This document shows positions 17,333 through 27,838 of a stretch of 60,427 nucleotides of DNA, in pieces. Each line of letters opens with the position of its first letter. Position 1 is the first letter of the stretch. The stretch is taken from the NCBI GenBank assembly GCA_028693895.1, contig JAQUUL010000001.1:1-60427 (forward strand), written 5' to 3'. A program made the position numbers and the translations under genes. The stretch is from Minisyncoccota bacterium. Lineage in GTDB: Bacteria > Patescibacteriota > Minisyncoccia > Minisyncoccales > Minisyncoccaceae. A model generated the notes under the pieces. It had not been told where the DNA came from. It saw only the letters and a list, made by a program, of their open reading frames with translations, and made no database searches.

Positions 17333-19363
17333 ATGAAATTTAAGCTTAAAAAAACATTAAAACCAAAAGGGGACCAGCCTAAAGCAATAGAAAAACTAAC
17401 TCACGGAATTGAGAAGGGTTTTAATAAGCAAACACTACTTGGTGTTACTGGATCAGGTAAAACTTTTACTATTGCTAATGTAATTAATAATATTCAGAAG
17501 CCAACTTTAGTTATTTCTCATAATAAAACATTAGCAGCACAATTATGTAATGAGTTTAGAGAATTTTTTCCTGATAATGCCGTAGAATATTTTGTTAGTT
17601 ATTATGATTATTATCAGCCAGAAACATATATGGCTAAAACTGATACATATATTGAAAAGGAAGCTCAAATTAATGAAGAAATTGATAGGCTTAGACATTC
17701 TTGCACTCAATCACTCTTAACAAGAAAAGATGTTATAGTTGTTTCATCTGTTTCTTGTATTTATGGTTTAGGTTCTCCTAGTGAATATATGAAAACAGTA
17801 TTGGAATTGAAAATTGGAGAACATATCGATAGAAAAAATATCTCCAGAAAATTGATTGAGATGAACTTTGAAAGGACTAATAATGATTTAAGATTGGGAA
17901 CTTTTAGATTAAGAGGGCAAACGCTTGAAGTTATGCCATCAAATAAGAAGATAATTTACCGTATTCAAATTACAGAAAAAATAGAATTAATTGAAGTAAT
18001 AGAACCAATTAGAAGAAATCTAATTGAAAAAGTTAAGAGTGTCTATATCTTTCCAGTTAAGCACTATGTTTATGATGAAGAAAACAGAAAAAATGCTTTA
18101 ATAGAGATTAGAAATGATTTGAAAAATAGATTAAATTATTTCAAAAAAGAAGGAAAATTATTAGAATACGAAAGATTAGAAAGAAGAGTTAATTATGATA
18201 TAGAGATGATAGAAAATATTGGATATTGCCAGGGAATTGAAAATTATTCTCGTTATTTTGATAGAAGAAAAAAAGGAGAACCACCTTTCACACTTCTTGA
18301 TTATTTTAACCTTGCAGATCCAGATTTTCTTACTGTAATAGATGAATCTCATGTTAGTATTCCACAAATTGGAGGAATGTATTTTGGAGATAGAGCAAGA
18401 AAAAAATCTTTAATAGATTATGGTTTTAGATTAGAAGGTGCTTATGATAATAGACCTTTGAAATATGATGAGTTTGAAAATCTAACTAAAAAGACGATAT
18501 ATGTTTCAGCAACTCCTAAAAATTTTGAATTAGAAAAAAGTAAACAAGTGGTAGAGCAAATTATTAGACCAACTGGACTTGTTGACCCTGATGTTATTGT
18601 CCGTCCTATTAATGGTCCAAAATCTCAAGTAGAAGATTTACTTGAAAGAATTAATGAACAAATTTTAAATAAAGAAAAAACATTAGTTACTACTTTAACT
18701 AAAAGAATGGCAGAAGATCTTACAAGTTTTCTTCAAGAAAAAAAGATAAAAGTTAAATATATTCATAGTGATGTTAAAACATTAGAAAGAATTGAAATAA
18801 TTACAGAATTGAGAAAAGGAATAATAGATGTAATTATCGGAGTTAATTTATTGAGAGAGGGGCTGGATATTCCAGAAGTTTCTTTGGTTGCAATTTTAGA
18901 TGCTGACAAAGAAGGCTTTTTAAGAAATGAGACTAGTTTGATTCAAACTATAGGTAGAGCGGCAAGAAATGTTAACGGAAAAGTTTTATTATATGCTGAT
19001 AAAAATACTCAATCTATTGATTTAGCTATTAAAGAAACTAACAGAAGAAGAAAAATCCAATTAAAATTTAATAAGGATAATGGAATTACACCAAAAACAA
19101 TTGAAAAAAGTATTAATAATATTATTGAACAGTTTGGTGTAGAGGACAAAAGAACTGATGGAAAAAGAAAAATTGAAAAGATATTAGAAATAGAGGCGAT
19201 AGGAAAAGACTTAAAAGAAATACTTAAAGAGAAGAAAGAAAAAATGAATGAAGCTGCAGAAAAGTTAGAGTTTGAATTAGCAGCAATATTAAGAGACGAA
19301 GTTATTTTATTAGAACAAAAAATTTATGGACAAAATAATAATAAAAGGGGCAAGAGAGCATAA
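17333..19363 (+). CDS. uvrB: Excinuclease ABC subunit B
   Basis: GDQP.AI, GVTGSGKTF, YYDYYQPE, DESH, helicase motifs, and a C-terminal UVR motif (LEFELAAILRDE). Confidence 0.95.
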   Translation: MKFKLKKTLKPKGDQPKAIEKLTHGIEKGFNKQTLLGVTGSGKTFTIANVINNIQKPTLVISHNKTLAAQLCNEFREFFPDNAVEYFVSYYDYYQPETYMAKTDTYIEKEAQINEEIDRLRHSCTQSLLTRKDVIVVSSVSCIYGLGSPSEYMKTVLELKIGEHIDRKNISRKLIEMNFERTNNDLRLGTFRLRGQTLEVMPSNKKIIYRIQITEKIELIEVIEPIRRNLIEKVKSVYIFPVKHYVYDEENRKNALIEIRNDLKNRLNYFKKEGKLLEYERLERRVNYDIEMIENIGYCQGIENYSRYFDRRKKGEPPFTLLDYFNLADPDFLTVIDESHVSIPQIGGMYFGDRARKKSLIDYGFRLEGAYDNRPLKYDEFENLTKKTIYVSATPKNFELEKSKQVVEQIIRPTGLVDPDVIVRPINGPKSQVEDLLERINEQILNKEKTLVTTLTKRMAEDLTSFLQEKKIKVKYIHSDVKTLERIEIITELRKGIIDVIIGVNLLREGLDIPEVSLVAILDADKEGFLRNETSLIQTIGRAARNVNGKVLLYADKNTQSIDLAIKETNRRRKIQLKFNKDNGITPKTIEKSINNIIEQFGVEDKRTDGKRKIEKILEIEAIGKDLKEILKEKKEKMNEAAEKLEFELAAILRDEVILLEQKIYGQNNNKRGKRA

Positions 19364-21845
19364 TCTAAAAAATATATCTCTTGAATTGCCAAGAAATAAA
19401 ATGATAGTTTTTACTGGTTTGTCTGGTTCGGGAAAATCAAGTCTTGCTTTTGATACTATTTTTGCTGAAGGGCAAAGAAGATATATTGAATCTCTTTCTT
19501 CTTATGCAAGGCAATTTTTAGGAGGAATGAAAAAACCAGATGTAGATGAGATTACAGGACTTTCTCCAGCTATTTCAATTAGTCAAAAAGCTCATAATAG
19601 TAATCCACGATCAACAGTAGCAACAATTACAGAAATATACGATTATTTAAGGGTTCTTTTTGCGAGAATTGGAAAGCCATATTGTCCTCAATGTGGAATT
19701 GAAATTGAAAAAATGACAAATGATGAAATATTTAGAAGGGTTGAAAGTTTTTTAAAAGAAACAGGAGAATTAAAAATACTTTCTCCTATTGTTAGAGGAA
19801 GGAAAGGTGAATATTATCAAAAATTACAAGATGTGTATGAGGCAGGTTTTAATGAAGCAAGAATAGATGGAAAAATCAAAAGTTTAAGAGAAAAAGTTTT
19901 TATTAAAAAAGAAGTTAAGCATAATATTGAAGTAATAATTGATAAAATTAATTTTTCTAAAATAGACGATGATTTTGAATTTAGATTAAATGAAGCAATT
20001 GAAACATCTATAGACATATCTGATGGGATTTGTTTGATTGTTTTTCCTAATGGTGAAGAAAAGATATTTAGCACAAAATATTCTTGCCCTAAGTGTGATT
20101 TTAGTTTTCCTGAGATTGAACCAAGACTTTTTAGTTTTAATAGTCCTTTTGGTTATTGTAAAGCTTGCAGTGGTTTAGGAGTTGAAAATATATATACCAA
20201 TGAAATATGTTCAGTTTGTAAGGGAAAAAGATTAAATGAAAATGCACTAAGCGTTAAAATAAATAATAAAAATATTTGGGATGTAACGGAGGTTACAGTT
20301 GAAAAAGCTTTAGATTTTTTTCTTAACATTAATATAAGTAAAACAGAAAAAGAAATTGCTGATATTATATTAAAAGAAATAATTAACAGATTGCAATTTT
20401 TAATGGATGTTGGTCTTGATTATATTAATCTTAATAGAATTACTGGAACATTATCAGGGGGAGAATCTCAAAGAATAAGACTTGCTTCTCAAGTTGGAAC
20501 AAAACTTGTTGGAGCACTTTATGTTTTAGATGAGCCTACAATAGGTCTTCATCAAAAAGATAATGAAATGTTAATTAAAACTTTAAGAAATTTACGTGAT
20601 TCAGGAAATACAATTATTGTTGTTGAACATGATGAAGATACTATTTTAGATAGTGATTGGATTGTTGATTTTGGCCCTAGAGCAGGAAAACATGGGGGAG
20701 AAATAATGTATTCGGGAACAGTAAAAGAATTAATTGATAATAAAAGTAAAAGCAAGTCTCTTACAGGAAAGTATTTAAGAGGAGAAGAAATTATAGAAAT
20801 GCCGGAAAAAAGAAGAGAAGTCTCACTTACAACCCCTAAATTAAAAATAATTGGAGCGAGTGAACATAACTTAAAAGATATTAATATAGATATTCCATTG
20901 GGGAAATTAATATGCTTAACTGGTGTTTCTGGTTCAGGAAAATCAACATTAATGAATGATGTTATATACAAATATGTAACAGGTAGAATTAATCATTTTA
21001 AGAGAGATGTAAAGGTTAAAGATATTAAAAACATAGAGTATCTAAATAAGGTAATTAGACTGGATCAATCTCCAATTGGAAAATCATCTCGTTCTAATCC
21101 AGCAACATATACCAAAGCATATGATGAAATTAGAAATATATTTGCGTCTATTCCTGAAGCAAAAATGAAGGGATTTAAGGCTGGTAGATTTAGTTTTAAT
21201 AGGGCAGGAGGAAGATGTGAAAATTGTGAAGGTAAGGGGTCTTTAGAAATTGAAATGCATTTCTTACCAAACGTAGAAATTGTTTGTGACGTTTGTAAGG
21301 GAAAAAGATTTAATGATGAAACATTATCTGTTCATTATAAGAATAAAAACATTAACGATGTTTTAGATATGACAATTGAAGAGGCTGAATCTTTTTTCAA
21401 GGGAATTCCTTTAATTAATGATAAACTTAAAGTCTTAAATGAGGTTGGTTTAGGTTATATTACTTTAGGGCAATCATCTAATACTTTATCTGGTGGAGAA
21501 TCTCAAAGAATAAAGATAAGTAGAGAATTGAGCAAGAGAAGCACATATAAAACACTTTATTTATTAGACGAACCAACAACTGGTCTTCATTATGATGATA
21601 TTAAAAAATTAATTATCCTTTTACAGAAATTAGTTTCTGCGGGGAACACAGTTATGGTAATTGAACATAATTTAGATTTTATAAAATGTGCAGATTGGAT
21701 TATTGATTTAGGACCTGATGGTGGAATTAATGGCGGTAAAGTAGTAGGCGAAGGAACTCCAGAAGAGATTTCTAAAATGTCTACATGGACAGGAATGTAT
21801 TTAAAAAAAATAATTAAAAATGAAAGACTGGCGAAAAAAAATTGA
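19326..21845 (+). CDS. uvrA: Excinuclease ABC subunit A
   Basis: IKGAREHNLKNI, two ABC modules (GLSGSGKSS, GVSGSGKST; LSGGESQR twice) and zinc-finger CxxC pairs. Confidence 0.95.
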   Translation: MDKIIIKGAREHNLKNISLELPRNKMIVFTGLSGSGKSSLAFDTIFAEGQRRYIESLSSYARQFLGGMKKPDVDEITGLSPAISISQKAHNSNPRSTVATITEIYDYLRVLFARIGKPYCPQCGIEIEKMTNDEIFRRVESFLKETGELKILSPIVRGRKGEYYQKLQDVYEAGFNEARIDGKIKSLREKVFIKKEVKHNIEVIIDKINFSKIDDDFEFRLNEAIETSIDISDGICLIVFPNGEEKIFSTKYSCPKCDFSFPEIEPRLFSFNSPFGYCKACSGLGVENIYTNEICSVCKGKRLNENALSVKINNKNIWDVTEVTVEKALDFFLNINISKTEKEIADIILKEIINRLQFLMDVGLDYINLNRITGTLSGGESQRIRLASQVGTKLVGALYVLDEPTIGLHQKDNEMLIKTLRNLRDSGNTIIVVEHDEDTILDSDWIVDFGPRAGKHGGEIMYSGTVKELIDNKSKSKSLTGKYLRGEEIIEMPEKRREVSLTTPKLKIIGASEHNLKDINIDIPLGKLICLTGVSGSGKSTLMNDVIYKYVTGRINHFKRDVKVKDIKNIEYLNKVIRLDQSPIGKSSRSNPATYTKAYDEIRNIFASIPEAKMKGFKAGRFSFNRAGGRCENCEGKGSLEIEMHFLPNVEIVCDVCKGKRFNDETLSVHYKNKNINDVLDMTIEEAESFFKGIPLINDKLKVLNEVGLGYITLGQSSNTLSGGESQRIKISRELSKRSTYKTLYLLDEPTTGLHYDDIKKLIILLQKLVSAGNTVMVIEHNLDFIKCADWIIDLGPDGGINGGKVVGEGTPEEISKMSTWTGMYLKKIIKNERLAKKN

Positions 21846-23010
21846 AAAAATACCAGATTTGCCGGGAGTATATCTTTTTTATAACAAAGGGGTTCTTATG
21901 TATATTGGAAAAGCAACCTCTCTTAGAAATAGGGTTAAAAGTTATTTAAAACCAAAAACATTTAGGCCGATAGAGGTTTTTATTGAAACAATAGATGAAG
22001 TTCAATGGAAGGTTGTTGATTCAGTAATAGAATCTTTAATATTGGAAGCAAATTATATTAAAAAATTAAAGCCAAAATACAATATCAAAGAAAAAGATGA
22101 TAAAAGTTGGAATTTTTTAGTTATTACAAAAGATGAGTTTCCAAAATTAAAAGCAGTAAGAGAAAACAACTTAAATGATAAAGATTATAAATATATTTTT
22201 GGTCCCTATGCAGGGATTAAGATTTCTCAAGTATTAAAAATATTACATAATCTTTTTTATATTTCTCGTTGCGAACCAAACCAAGAAAAGCCGTGTTTTG
22301 ATTATCAACTTAAAAGATGTTTAGGGGTTTGTAAAAATGAAATAGATTCTAAAACATACACTAAAAAGGTAATTAAACCATTAGTAAGCTTTCTAAAAGG
22401 AAATAAAAAAACATTAATTAGTTCTTTAGAAAAAGAAATGAAAAAATATGCTAAAGAAAAAAACTTTGAAGAGGCGTTAAGAATTAGGAATCAGATATTT
22501 TCTTTGAAGAAAATAGTAGATTTCTCTTTATTAGATAAATCATTTATAGAGGACCAGCGAAAAGAAACAAAAAGGGTTGAGGCCTACGATATTTCTAATT
22601 TAGGAAGTGAAGTGATGGTAGGAGGAATGGTAGCTTTAGAGAATAATCATTTTGTTGATTACAAGAAATTCAAGATTAAGAAAGTAAAAACTCAAAGTGA
22701 TACAGATTGTCTTAAAGAAGTAATAGAAAGGAGATTTAATCATTCTGAGTGGCAATTTCCTGATTTATTATTAATTGATGGGGGACGTTCCCAAATTAAT
22801 GCAGTTAAAAAAGCTTTAAAATACGACATTCCTATTTTAGGAATAGCTAAAGGTGAAAAAAGAAATAAAGATGAATTAATATATTCTACAATGGGAGATT
22901 GGATTGAAAAAAATAAGAATATGCTCTTGCGATTAAGGGACGAAGTTCACAGGTTTTCAATCAATTATCAAAGAAATTTAAAAAGAAAAAGTTTCTTAAA
23001 CAATAATTGA
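21820..23010 (+). CDS. uvrC: Excinuclease ABC subunit C, short form lacking the C-terminal (HhH)2 domain
   Basis: GIY-YIG (GVYLFYNKG..MYIGKA), Cys cluster, UVR domain (FEEALRIRNQI) and endonuclease core (YDISN...IDGG..Q...DEVHRF). Ends at 396 aa. Confidence 0.85.
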   Translation: MKDWRKKIEKIPDLPGVYLFYNKGVLMYIGKATSLRNRVKSYLKPKTFRPIEVFIETIDEVQWKVVDSVIESLILEANYIKKLKPKYNIKEKDDKSWNFLVITKDEFPKLKAVRENNLNDKDYKYIFGPYAGIKISQVLKILHNLFYISRCEPNQEKPCFDYQLKRCLGVCKNEIDSKTYTKKVIKPLVSFLKGNKKTLISSLEKEMKKYAKEKNFEEALRIRNQIFSLKKIVDFSLLDKSFIEDQRKETKRVEAYDISNLGSEVMVGGMVALENNHFVDYKKFKIKKVKTQSDTDCLKEVIERRFNHSEWQFPDLLLIDGGRSQINAVKKALKYDIPILGIAKGEKRNKDELIYSTMGDWIEKNKNMLLRLRDEVHRFSINYQRNLKRKSFLNNN

Positions 23011-23042
23011 AAAAAAATAATAAAAATGATAATATAAGGAAT

Positions 23043-24641
23043 ATGAAAAAAATTAACTTTAAATCAAAAAAAATATGGATTGCAATTGTTTTTGCTATAA
23101 TAGGAATATGGTTTATATCCTCTTTATTTCAAAACAAAACTGTTTCTAATTTTGAAACAACATTAATAGAAAAGGGGTCTTTGGTTCAAACTGTTGATGT
23201 AACAGGAAAAGTTGATTCATCTAATAATTTATCTCTTAACTTTGAAACAATGGGAACGATTAGTAGTATTAAAGTTGAAGTTGGGGACGAAGTTTCACAA
23301 GGAGAATGGCTTGCAAATCTTTCCTTAACTGAATTAAATGCTTCTGTAACTCAAGCTCAATCTTCATTAAATCAAAAAATAGCTGGAGCAACACAAGAAC
23401 AAATAAATGTCTCAGAAAAACAAATTAATTCAGCAAAAGTTGCTTTAGCACAAGCAGAGAGTGGCCTTCAAGATACAATTAACATCTCTAAAAATACAGT
23501 TGATTCTAAATATGTTTATGCACTTAATACTTTAGAAGATACATATATTAAAATGTATAATGCTTATACAGTTGTTGAAAATATAAAATCTGTATATTTT
23601 GTAAATAATGACCAAAATGGTTTAACAGTCAGAAATAATCAAGAATATCAAATTAAAAAGCCAAAAGATGCTATTAAAATTTTAATTGATGTTGCGAAGG
23701 AAAGTAAATCTCAAGAAGATATTGATAATACAATTTCAGAAACAATACCAGCACTGAACAAGATTCTTAATGGATTAACAATAATTAGAAATATATGTGA
23801 TGATGTTTCATATCAAAGTGTAATTAGTCAGACTGAAAAAAGCTTATTAGATAATCAAAAAACAGCCATTAGTGGTGCTCAGATTACAATTTCTTCTTTA
23901 GAAAATGAAATATCTCTTTTGAAAATTCAAAATAATAACAATATTAATTCAGCGCAATCAGCAGTTGATTCAGCTAAGGCTAATCTTGAATTGCAATATG
24001 CAAACTATGATTCATTAGTAGCAGAACCAAGAGATATAGATATTAGTTACTATGAAGCTCTTTTATCTCAAGCTGTCGCTGCAAGAAATAAGGCAATTAT
24101 TTTTGCTCCTATTGACGGTGTTATTACAAAGATTAATAAAAAGAAAGGAGAGTTAATGAGTATGGGCGAGGTTATGATTGAAATGCTTTCTCCTTATTAT
24201 GAAGTTAATGTTGATGTTCCAGAAACAGATGTTGTAAAAATAAAGGTTGGAGATTCAGCAGAAATTACCTTAAATGCTTTAGGTAAAGATACTAAATTTG
24301 AAGGCGTTGTTCTTAGTATTGATCCTTCATCAACAAACATTCAAGATGTTGTTTATTATAAAGTAAAAGTTAGCATTAAAGACGAAAGGATTAATTTGTT
24401 TAAACCAGGAATGAGCGCTGATGTAGTAATTAAAACTGAATCAAGAGAAAATGTTATTTTTGTTCCATCTAGAGCAATCCTAAATGATGAAGAAACAGAT
24501 AAGAAATATGTAAGAGTTTTAATTAATGGAGAAATTGAGAAAAGATTTGTAGAAACAGGTCTTAAAGCGGATAATTCAAAAATAGAAATTTTAAGTGGAT
24601 TAAATGAGGGAGAAGAAGTTGTCTTAAGGGTAATAGATTAA
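23043..24641 (+). CDS. HlyD/MacA-type periplasmic adaptor (membrane fusion protein) with an extended coiled coil
   Basis: N-terminal TM, lipoyl/barrel motifs (V...G.V.....V.VGD.V..G..L), a long alpha-helical hairpin, and C-terminal beta-barrel motifs (GMSADV.I). Confidence 0.7.
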   Translation: MKKINFKSKKIWIAIVFAIIGIWFISSLFQNKTVSNFETTLIEKGSLVQTVDVTGKVDSSNNLSLNFETMGTISSIKVEVGDEVSQGEWLANLSLTELNASVTQAQSSLNQKIAGATQEQINVSEKQINSAKVALAQAESGLQDTINISKNTVDSKYVYALNTLEDTYIKMYNAYTVVENIKSVYFVNNDQNGLTVRNNQEYQIKKPKDAIKILIDVAKESKSQEDIDNTISETIPALNKILNGLTIIRNICDDVSYQSVISQTEKSLLDNQKTAISGAQITISSLENEISLLKIQNNNNINSAQSAVDSAKANLELQYANYDSLVAEPRDIDISYYEALLSQAVAARNKAIIFAPIDGVITKINKKKGELMSMGEVMIEMLSPYYEVNVDVPETDVVKIKVGDSAEITLNALGKDTKFEGVVLSIDPSSTNIQDVVYYKVKVSIKDERINLFKPGMSADVVIKTESRENVIFVPSRAILNDEETDKKYVRVLINGEIEKRFVETGLKADNSKIEILSGLNEGEEVVLRVID

Positions 24642-24642
24642 A

Positions 24643-25356
24643 ATGTTAATTACTGTTGAAAATTTAAAAAAAGATTTTGTTAATGAGGATGTTGTTACTT
24701 CTGTATTGAAAGGAATTAGTTTTCAAATTGAAAAAGGTTCCTTTGTTTCAATTATGGGACCTTCTGGTTCAGGAAAATCAACTTTAATGCATATCCTTAG
24801 TTTTTTAGATAAGCCTACAGATGGAAATTATTTCTTTGAAGAAAAGAACGTTAAAGAAATGAATGATGATCAATTAGCAGAAATGAGAAGTAAAAAAGTA
24901 GGATTTATATTCCAATCATTTAATCTTTTAAGTAGTTTATCTGTTTTAGAAAATGTAATATTGCCTCTTACATATATTGATATGCCTCAAGAAGAAAGAA
25001 TTGAAAAAGCTAAAAGCTTATTAGACCAAGTTGGATTAAGCCATAGAATTGGATATTCTCCGAGTAAACTTTCTGGAGGAGAAAAACAAAGGGTAGCAAT
25101 TGCAAGAGCTTTAATTAATAATCCAGAAGTTATTTTTGCTGATGAGCCAACAGGAAATCTTGATTCAAAATCAGGAGCTCAAGTTATGAGAATACTTCAA
25201 GAATTAAACAGAAAAGGCAATACAATTATTTTAGTTACTCATGAAACATCTACCGCTGAACATGCCGAAAGAATCATAAAGGTAAAAGATGGTAATATCA
25301 TTGAAGATTCTCAAAACTTTTGCAGACGAGAAGCAAAAGAAAATCTTGATAAATAA
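24643..25356 (+). CDS. MacB/LolD-type ABC transporter ATP-binding protein
   Basis: GPSGSGKST, LSGGEKQRVAIARAL, IFADEPTGNLD and LVTHE motifs. Confidence 0.9.
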   Translation: MLITVENLKKDFVNEDVVTSVLKGISFQIEKGSFVSIMGPSGSGKSTLMHILSFLDKPTDGNYFFEEKNVKEMNDDQLAEMRSKKVGFIFQSFNLLSSLSVLENVILPLTYIDMPQEERIEKAKSLLDQVGLSHRIGYSPSKLSGGEKQRVAIARALINNPEVIFADEPTGNLDSKSGAQVMRILQELNRKGNTIILVTHETSTAEHAERIIKVKDGNIIEDSQNFCRREAKENLDK

Positions 25357-25357
25357 T

Positions 25358-26596
25358 ATGAATATTTTTGAATCAATAAAGAGTTCCTTGCAAATGATTT
25401 CTCGCAATAAAATGCGTTCTTTTTTAACAATGTTAGGAATTATTATTGGAATTACTTCTGTAATGATTGTCCTTTCTGTTGGAGAAAGTGTTCAAGAATT
25501 AATTTTAGATGAAATTAAAGCTGTAGGACCTGATTTAGTAGCTATTTTGCCTGGAACCCCAAACGATGATGGGCCTCCGTCTTCTGTTTTTGGAATAGTA
25601 AATACTTCTCTTAAGTATAAAGACGGAGAAGCAATAATTAATGGTAATTCTCCATATATTTTGTCTTTAGCAATGTATCTTTCGGGAAGTGACATGATAT
25701 CAATTGATGGAACCTTCAAAAGTATAACATTTTATGGAACAACAGCTTCTTATACTGATGTTCAAAGAGCAGTAGTTGAAAAGGGAAGATTTTTCACTAA
25801 AGAAGAAGAAATTAGTAATGCACGAGTAGTTGTTTTGGGAAATAAAATAGCAAAAGATATTTTTGGAGATAACAACCCAATTGGAGAAAAAATTAAAATT
25901 AAAAAAGTTAACTTTACAGTAATAGGTATTCTTGAGGAAAAAGGTGCAAGTTTAGCACAAAGTCAAGATGAAGATTTGCTTATTCCGATATCAACCGCTC
26001 AAAACATTATCTTGGGAGTTAATCATATTAATTTTATGAGAATGAAAATTTCAGATGTTAATGATATTGATAAAGCAATTTTATATGTAGAAGATACCAT
26101 GAGAGACCAACACAATATAGAAGATATTACTGAAGATGATTTTATGATAAGTTCTACAGTTCAAGCATTAGAAAGTGTTTCTTTAATTACAGATGCCCTC
26201 AAGTTTTTTTTAGCAGCTGTTGCTGCAATATCGTTAATTGTAGGAGGTTTTGGAATAATGAATATTATGCTTGCTACTGTTCAAGAAAGAATTAATGAAA
26301 TTGGTTTAAGAAAAGCTATTGGAGCTAAAAAAAGTGATATTGTTTGGCAGTTTTTAGTAGAAGCAACAACAATTACTTTCGTCAGTGGGATTATAGGAAT
26401 TATTGTAGGGGTTTTAATCCTTGCTTTAATGGCATCAATAATTAAATCATTAGGATATAATTGGACATTAATTATTTCTCCTCTTTCTGTATTTTTAGGT
26501 TGTACTGTTTCAATAGGAATTGGACTTATTTTTGGAATTAACCCTGCAAAGAAAGCTGCAGAATTAGACCCAATAGATGCTTTAAGATATGAATAA
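25358..26596 (+). CDS. ABC transporter permease, MacB/FtsX type (copy 1)
   Basis: ATG at 25358 sits 1 nt after the ATPase stop. MacB periplasmic domain plus FtsX TM bundle (GGFGIMNIML..V.ER..EIGLRKAIGA...I). Confidence 0.85.
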   Translation: MNIFESIKSSLQMISRNKMRSFLTMLGIIIGITSVMIVLSVGESVQELILDEIKAVGPDLVAILPGTPNDDGPPSSVFGIVNTSLKYKDGEAIINGNSPYILSLAMYLSGSDMISIDGTFKSITFYGTTASYTDVQRAVVEKGRFFTKEEEISNARVVVLGNKIAKDIFGDNNPIGEKIKIKKVNFTVIGILEEKGASLAQSQDEDLLIPISTAQNIILGVNHINFMRMKISDVNDIDKAILYVEDTMRDQHNIEDITEDDFMISSTVQALESVSLITDALKFFLAAVAAISLIVGGFGIMNIMLATVQERINEIGLRKAIGAKKSDIVWQFLVEATTITFVSGIIGIIVGVLILALMASIIKSLGYNWTLIISPLSVFLGCTVSIGIGLIFGINPAKKAAELDPIDALRYE

Positions 26597-27833
26597 TTTT
26601 ATTTCTAAAATTAGAACAGCCTTTATTAGTTTAATGCGACAAAAATCTCGTACATTTCTTACTGTAATTGCAGTAGCAATAGGAATAGCAGCTTTAATTA
26701 TAATGATTTCTGCAGGAAACGGATTGAAATCAATGGTTTTATCAGAATTAGAGGTATACGGAGCAAATGTTATAAATGTTGAAGTGAGAGTTCCTGGTAA
26801 AAGTACAACAGGAAGTATTACTGGTTTTGCTACGGGAATATCAATTACAACTTTTACTAATAAAGATGTTGAAATTATTTCAAATCTTCCTAATGTAGAG
26901 GCGCATTATTCATATGTTACTGGTCAAGAGATTATTAAAAGAGAGGGGGAAGCAAAAAGTGTAATGATTTTTGGTTATGGAGGAAATGCACCATCAATTG
27001 AAAAAATAAACATAGAAAAAGGAAGATTTTATTCTGTCGAAGAAGAAGAATCAATTTCATCTGTTATTATTCTTGGAAGTGGAATTAAAGATTTTCTTTT
27101 TGGAGATGGAAATGCTATTAATGAAAAAGTTTATATCAAAAATATGTCTTTTAAGGTTGTCGGTGTTCTTAAAAAAAGTGGAGCTAATTATGGTTTTGAT
27201 ATGGATTCAATAGTTTATATTCCTACGCTTACATTACAGAAAAAGATATTAGGAACAGATTATGTTATGGGATTATCAGTAAAAGTCAAAGATCCTGAAA
27301 AGATAAATGAAACAAAAGAAGATATAATTTATTTATTGAGAGATAGGCACAATATAGATGATCCTATAGAAGATGATTTTGAAGCAATGACTATTGATGA
27401 GGCTAAAAGTATGATTGATACAGTTTTATCAGCCATTACTTTTCTTTTAACTGTTGTTGCAGCAATATCATTATTAGTTGGAGGAGTAGGGATAACAAAT
27501 ATTATGTATGTTTCAGTAGCTGAAAGAAAGTTTGAAGTTGGTTTAAGAAGGTCAATTGGAGCTAAAAAGAATGATATATTATGGCAATTTTTAATAGAAG
27601 CAGGTATTTTGACTTTCCTTGGAGGTGTCTTTGGTGTTATAATAGGATTAGGAGTTTCTTATTTAATATATTATGTAGCAGTTTCGTTTGGAATAAATTG
27701 GTCTTATAGTATTTCTTTATTATCAATAATATCAGCATTAGTATTTTCTGTAGGTGTCGGAATTTTCTTTGGAGTTTATCCTGCAAAGAAAGCTGCAAAT
27801 ACAGACCCTATTAATGCACTAAGAAAAGATTAA
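26589..27833 (+). CDS. ABC transporter permease, MacB/FtsX type (copy 2)
   Basis: Same architecture as copy 1 (GGVGITNIMYVSVAERKFEVGLRRSIGAKK). Overlaps it by 8 nt. Confidence 0.85.
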   Translation: MNNFISKIRTAFISLMRQKSRTFLTVIAVAIGIAALIIMISAGNGLKSMVLSELEVYGANVINVEVRVPGKSTTGSITGFATGISITTFTNKDVEIISNLPNVEAHYSYVTGQEIIKREGEAKSVMIFGYGGNAPSIEKINIEKGRFYSVEEEESISSVIILGSGIKDFLFGDGNAINEKVYIKNMSFKVVGVLKKSGANYGFDMDSIVYIPTLTLQKKILGTDYVMGLSVKVKDPEKINETKEDIIYLLRDRHNIDDPIEDDFEAMTIDEAKSMIDTVLSAITFLLTVVAAISLLVGGVGITNIMYVSVAERKFEVGLRRSIGAKKNDILWQFLIEAGILTFLGGVFGVIIGLGVSYLIYYVAVSFGINWSYSISLLSIISALVFSVGVGIFFGVYPAKKAANTDPINALRKD

Positions 27834-27838
27834 AAAAT

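Noticed and set aside
20552-20971. 139-aa antisense ORF inside uvrA. The same applies to the antisense ORFs at 922-1128, 7928-8140, 14525-14740, 16465-16731, 19817-20074, 25492-25719, 35261-35530, 37700-37888, 46372-46584 and 49873-50097.
   Set aside because: All lie opposite strongly supported conserved genes and translate to Ser/Leu/Ile/Phe-rich low-complexity strings. That is typical of the reverse complement of Glu/Lys/Asn-rich AT-rich coding DNA.
25289-25357. Upstream extension of the first MacB permease ORF, overlapping the ATPase gene by 68 nt. Similar N-terminal extensions occur at 39790, 23007, 42476, 42740, 2662, 7326, 11619, 28209 and 52970.
   Set aside because: In each case an in-frame ATG lies at or just after the upstream stop and yields a canonical N-terminus (signal/TM or conserved start). 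The longer forms begin at TTG/GTG or cut into the preceding gene or a terminator.
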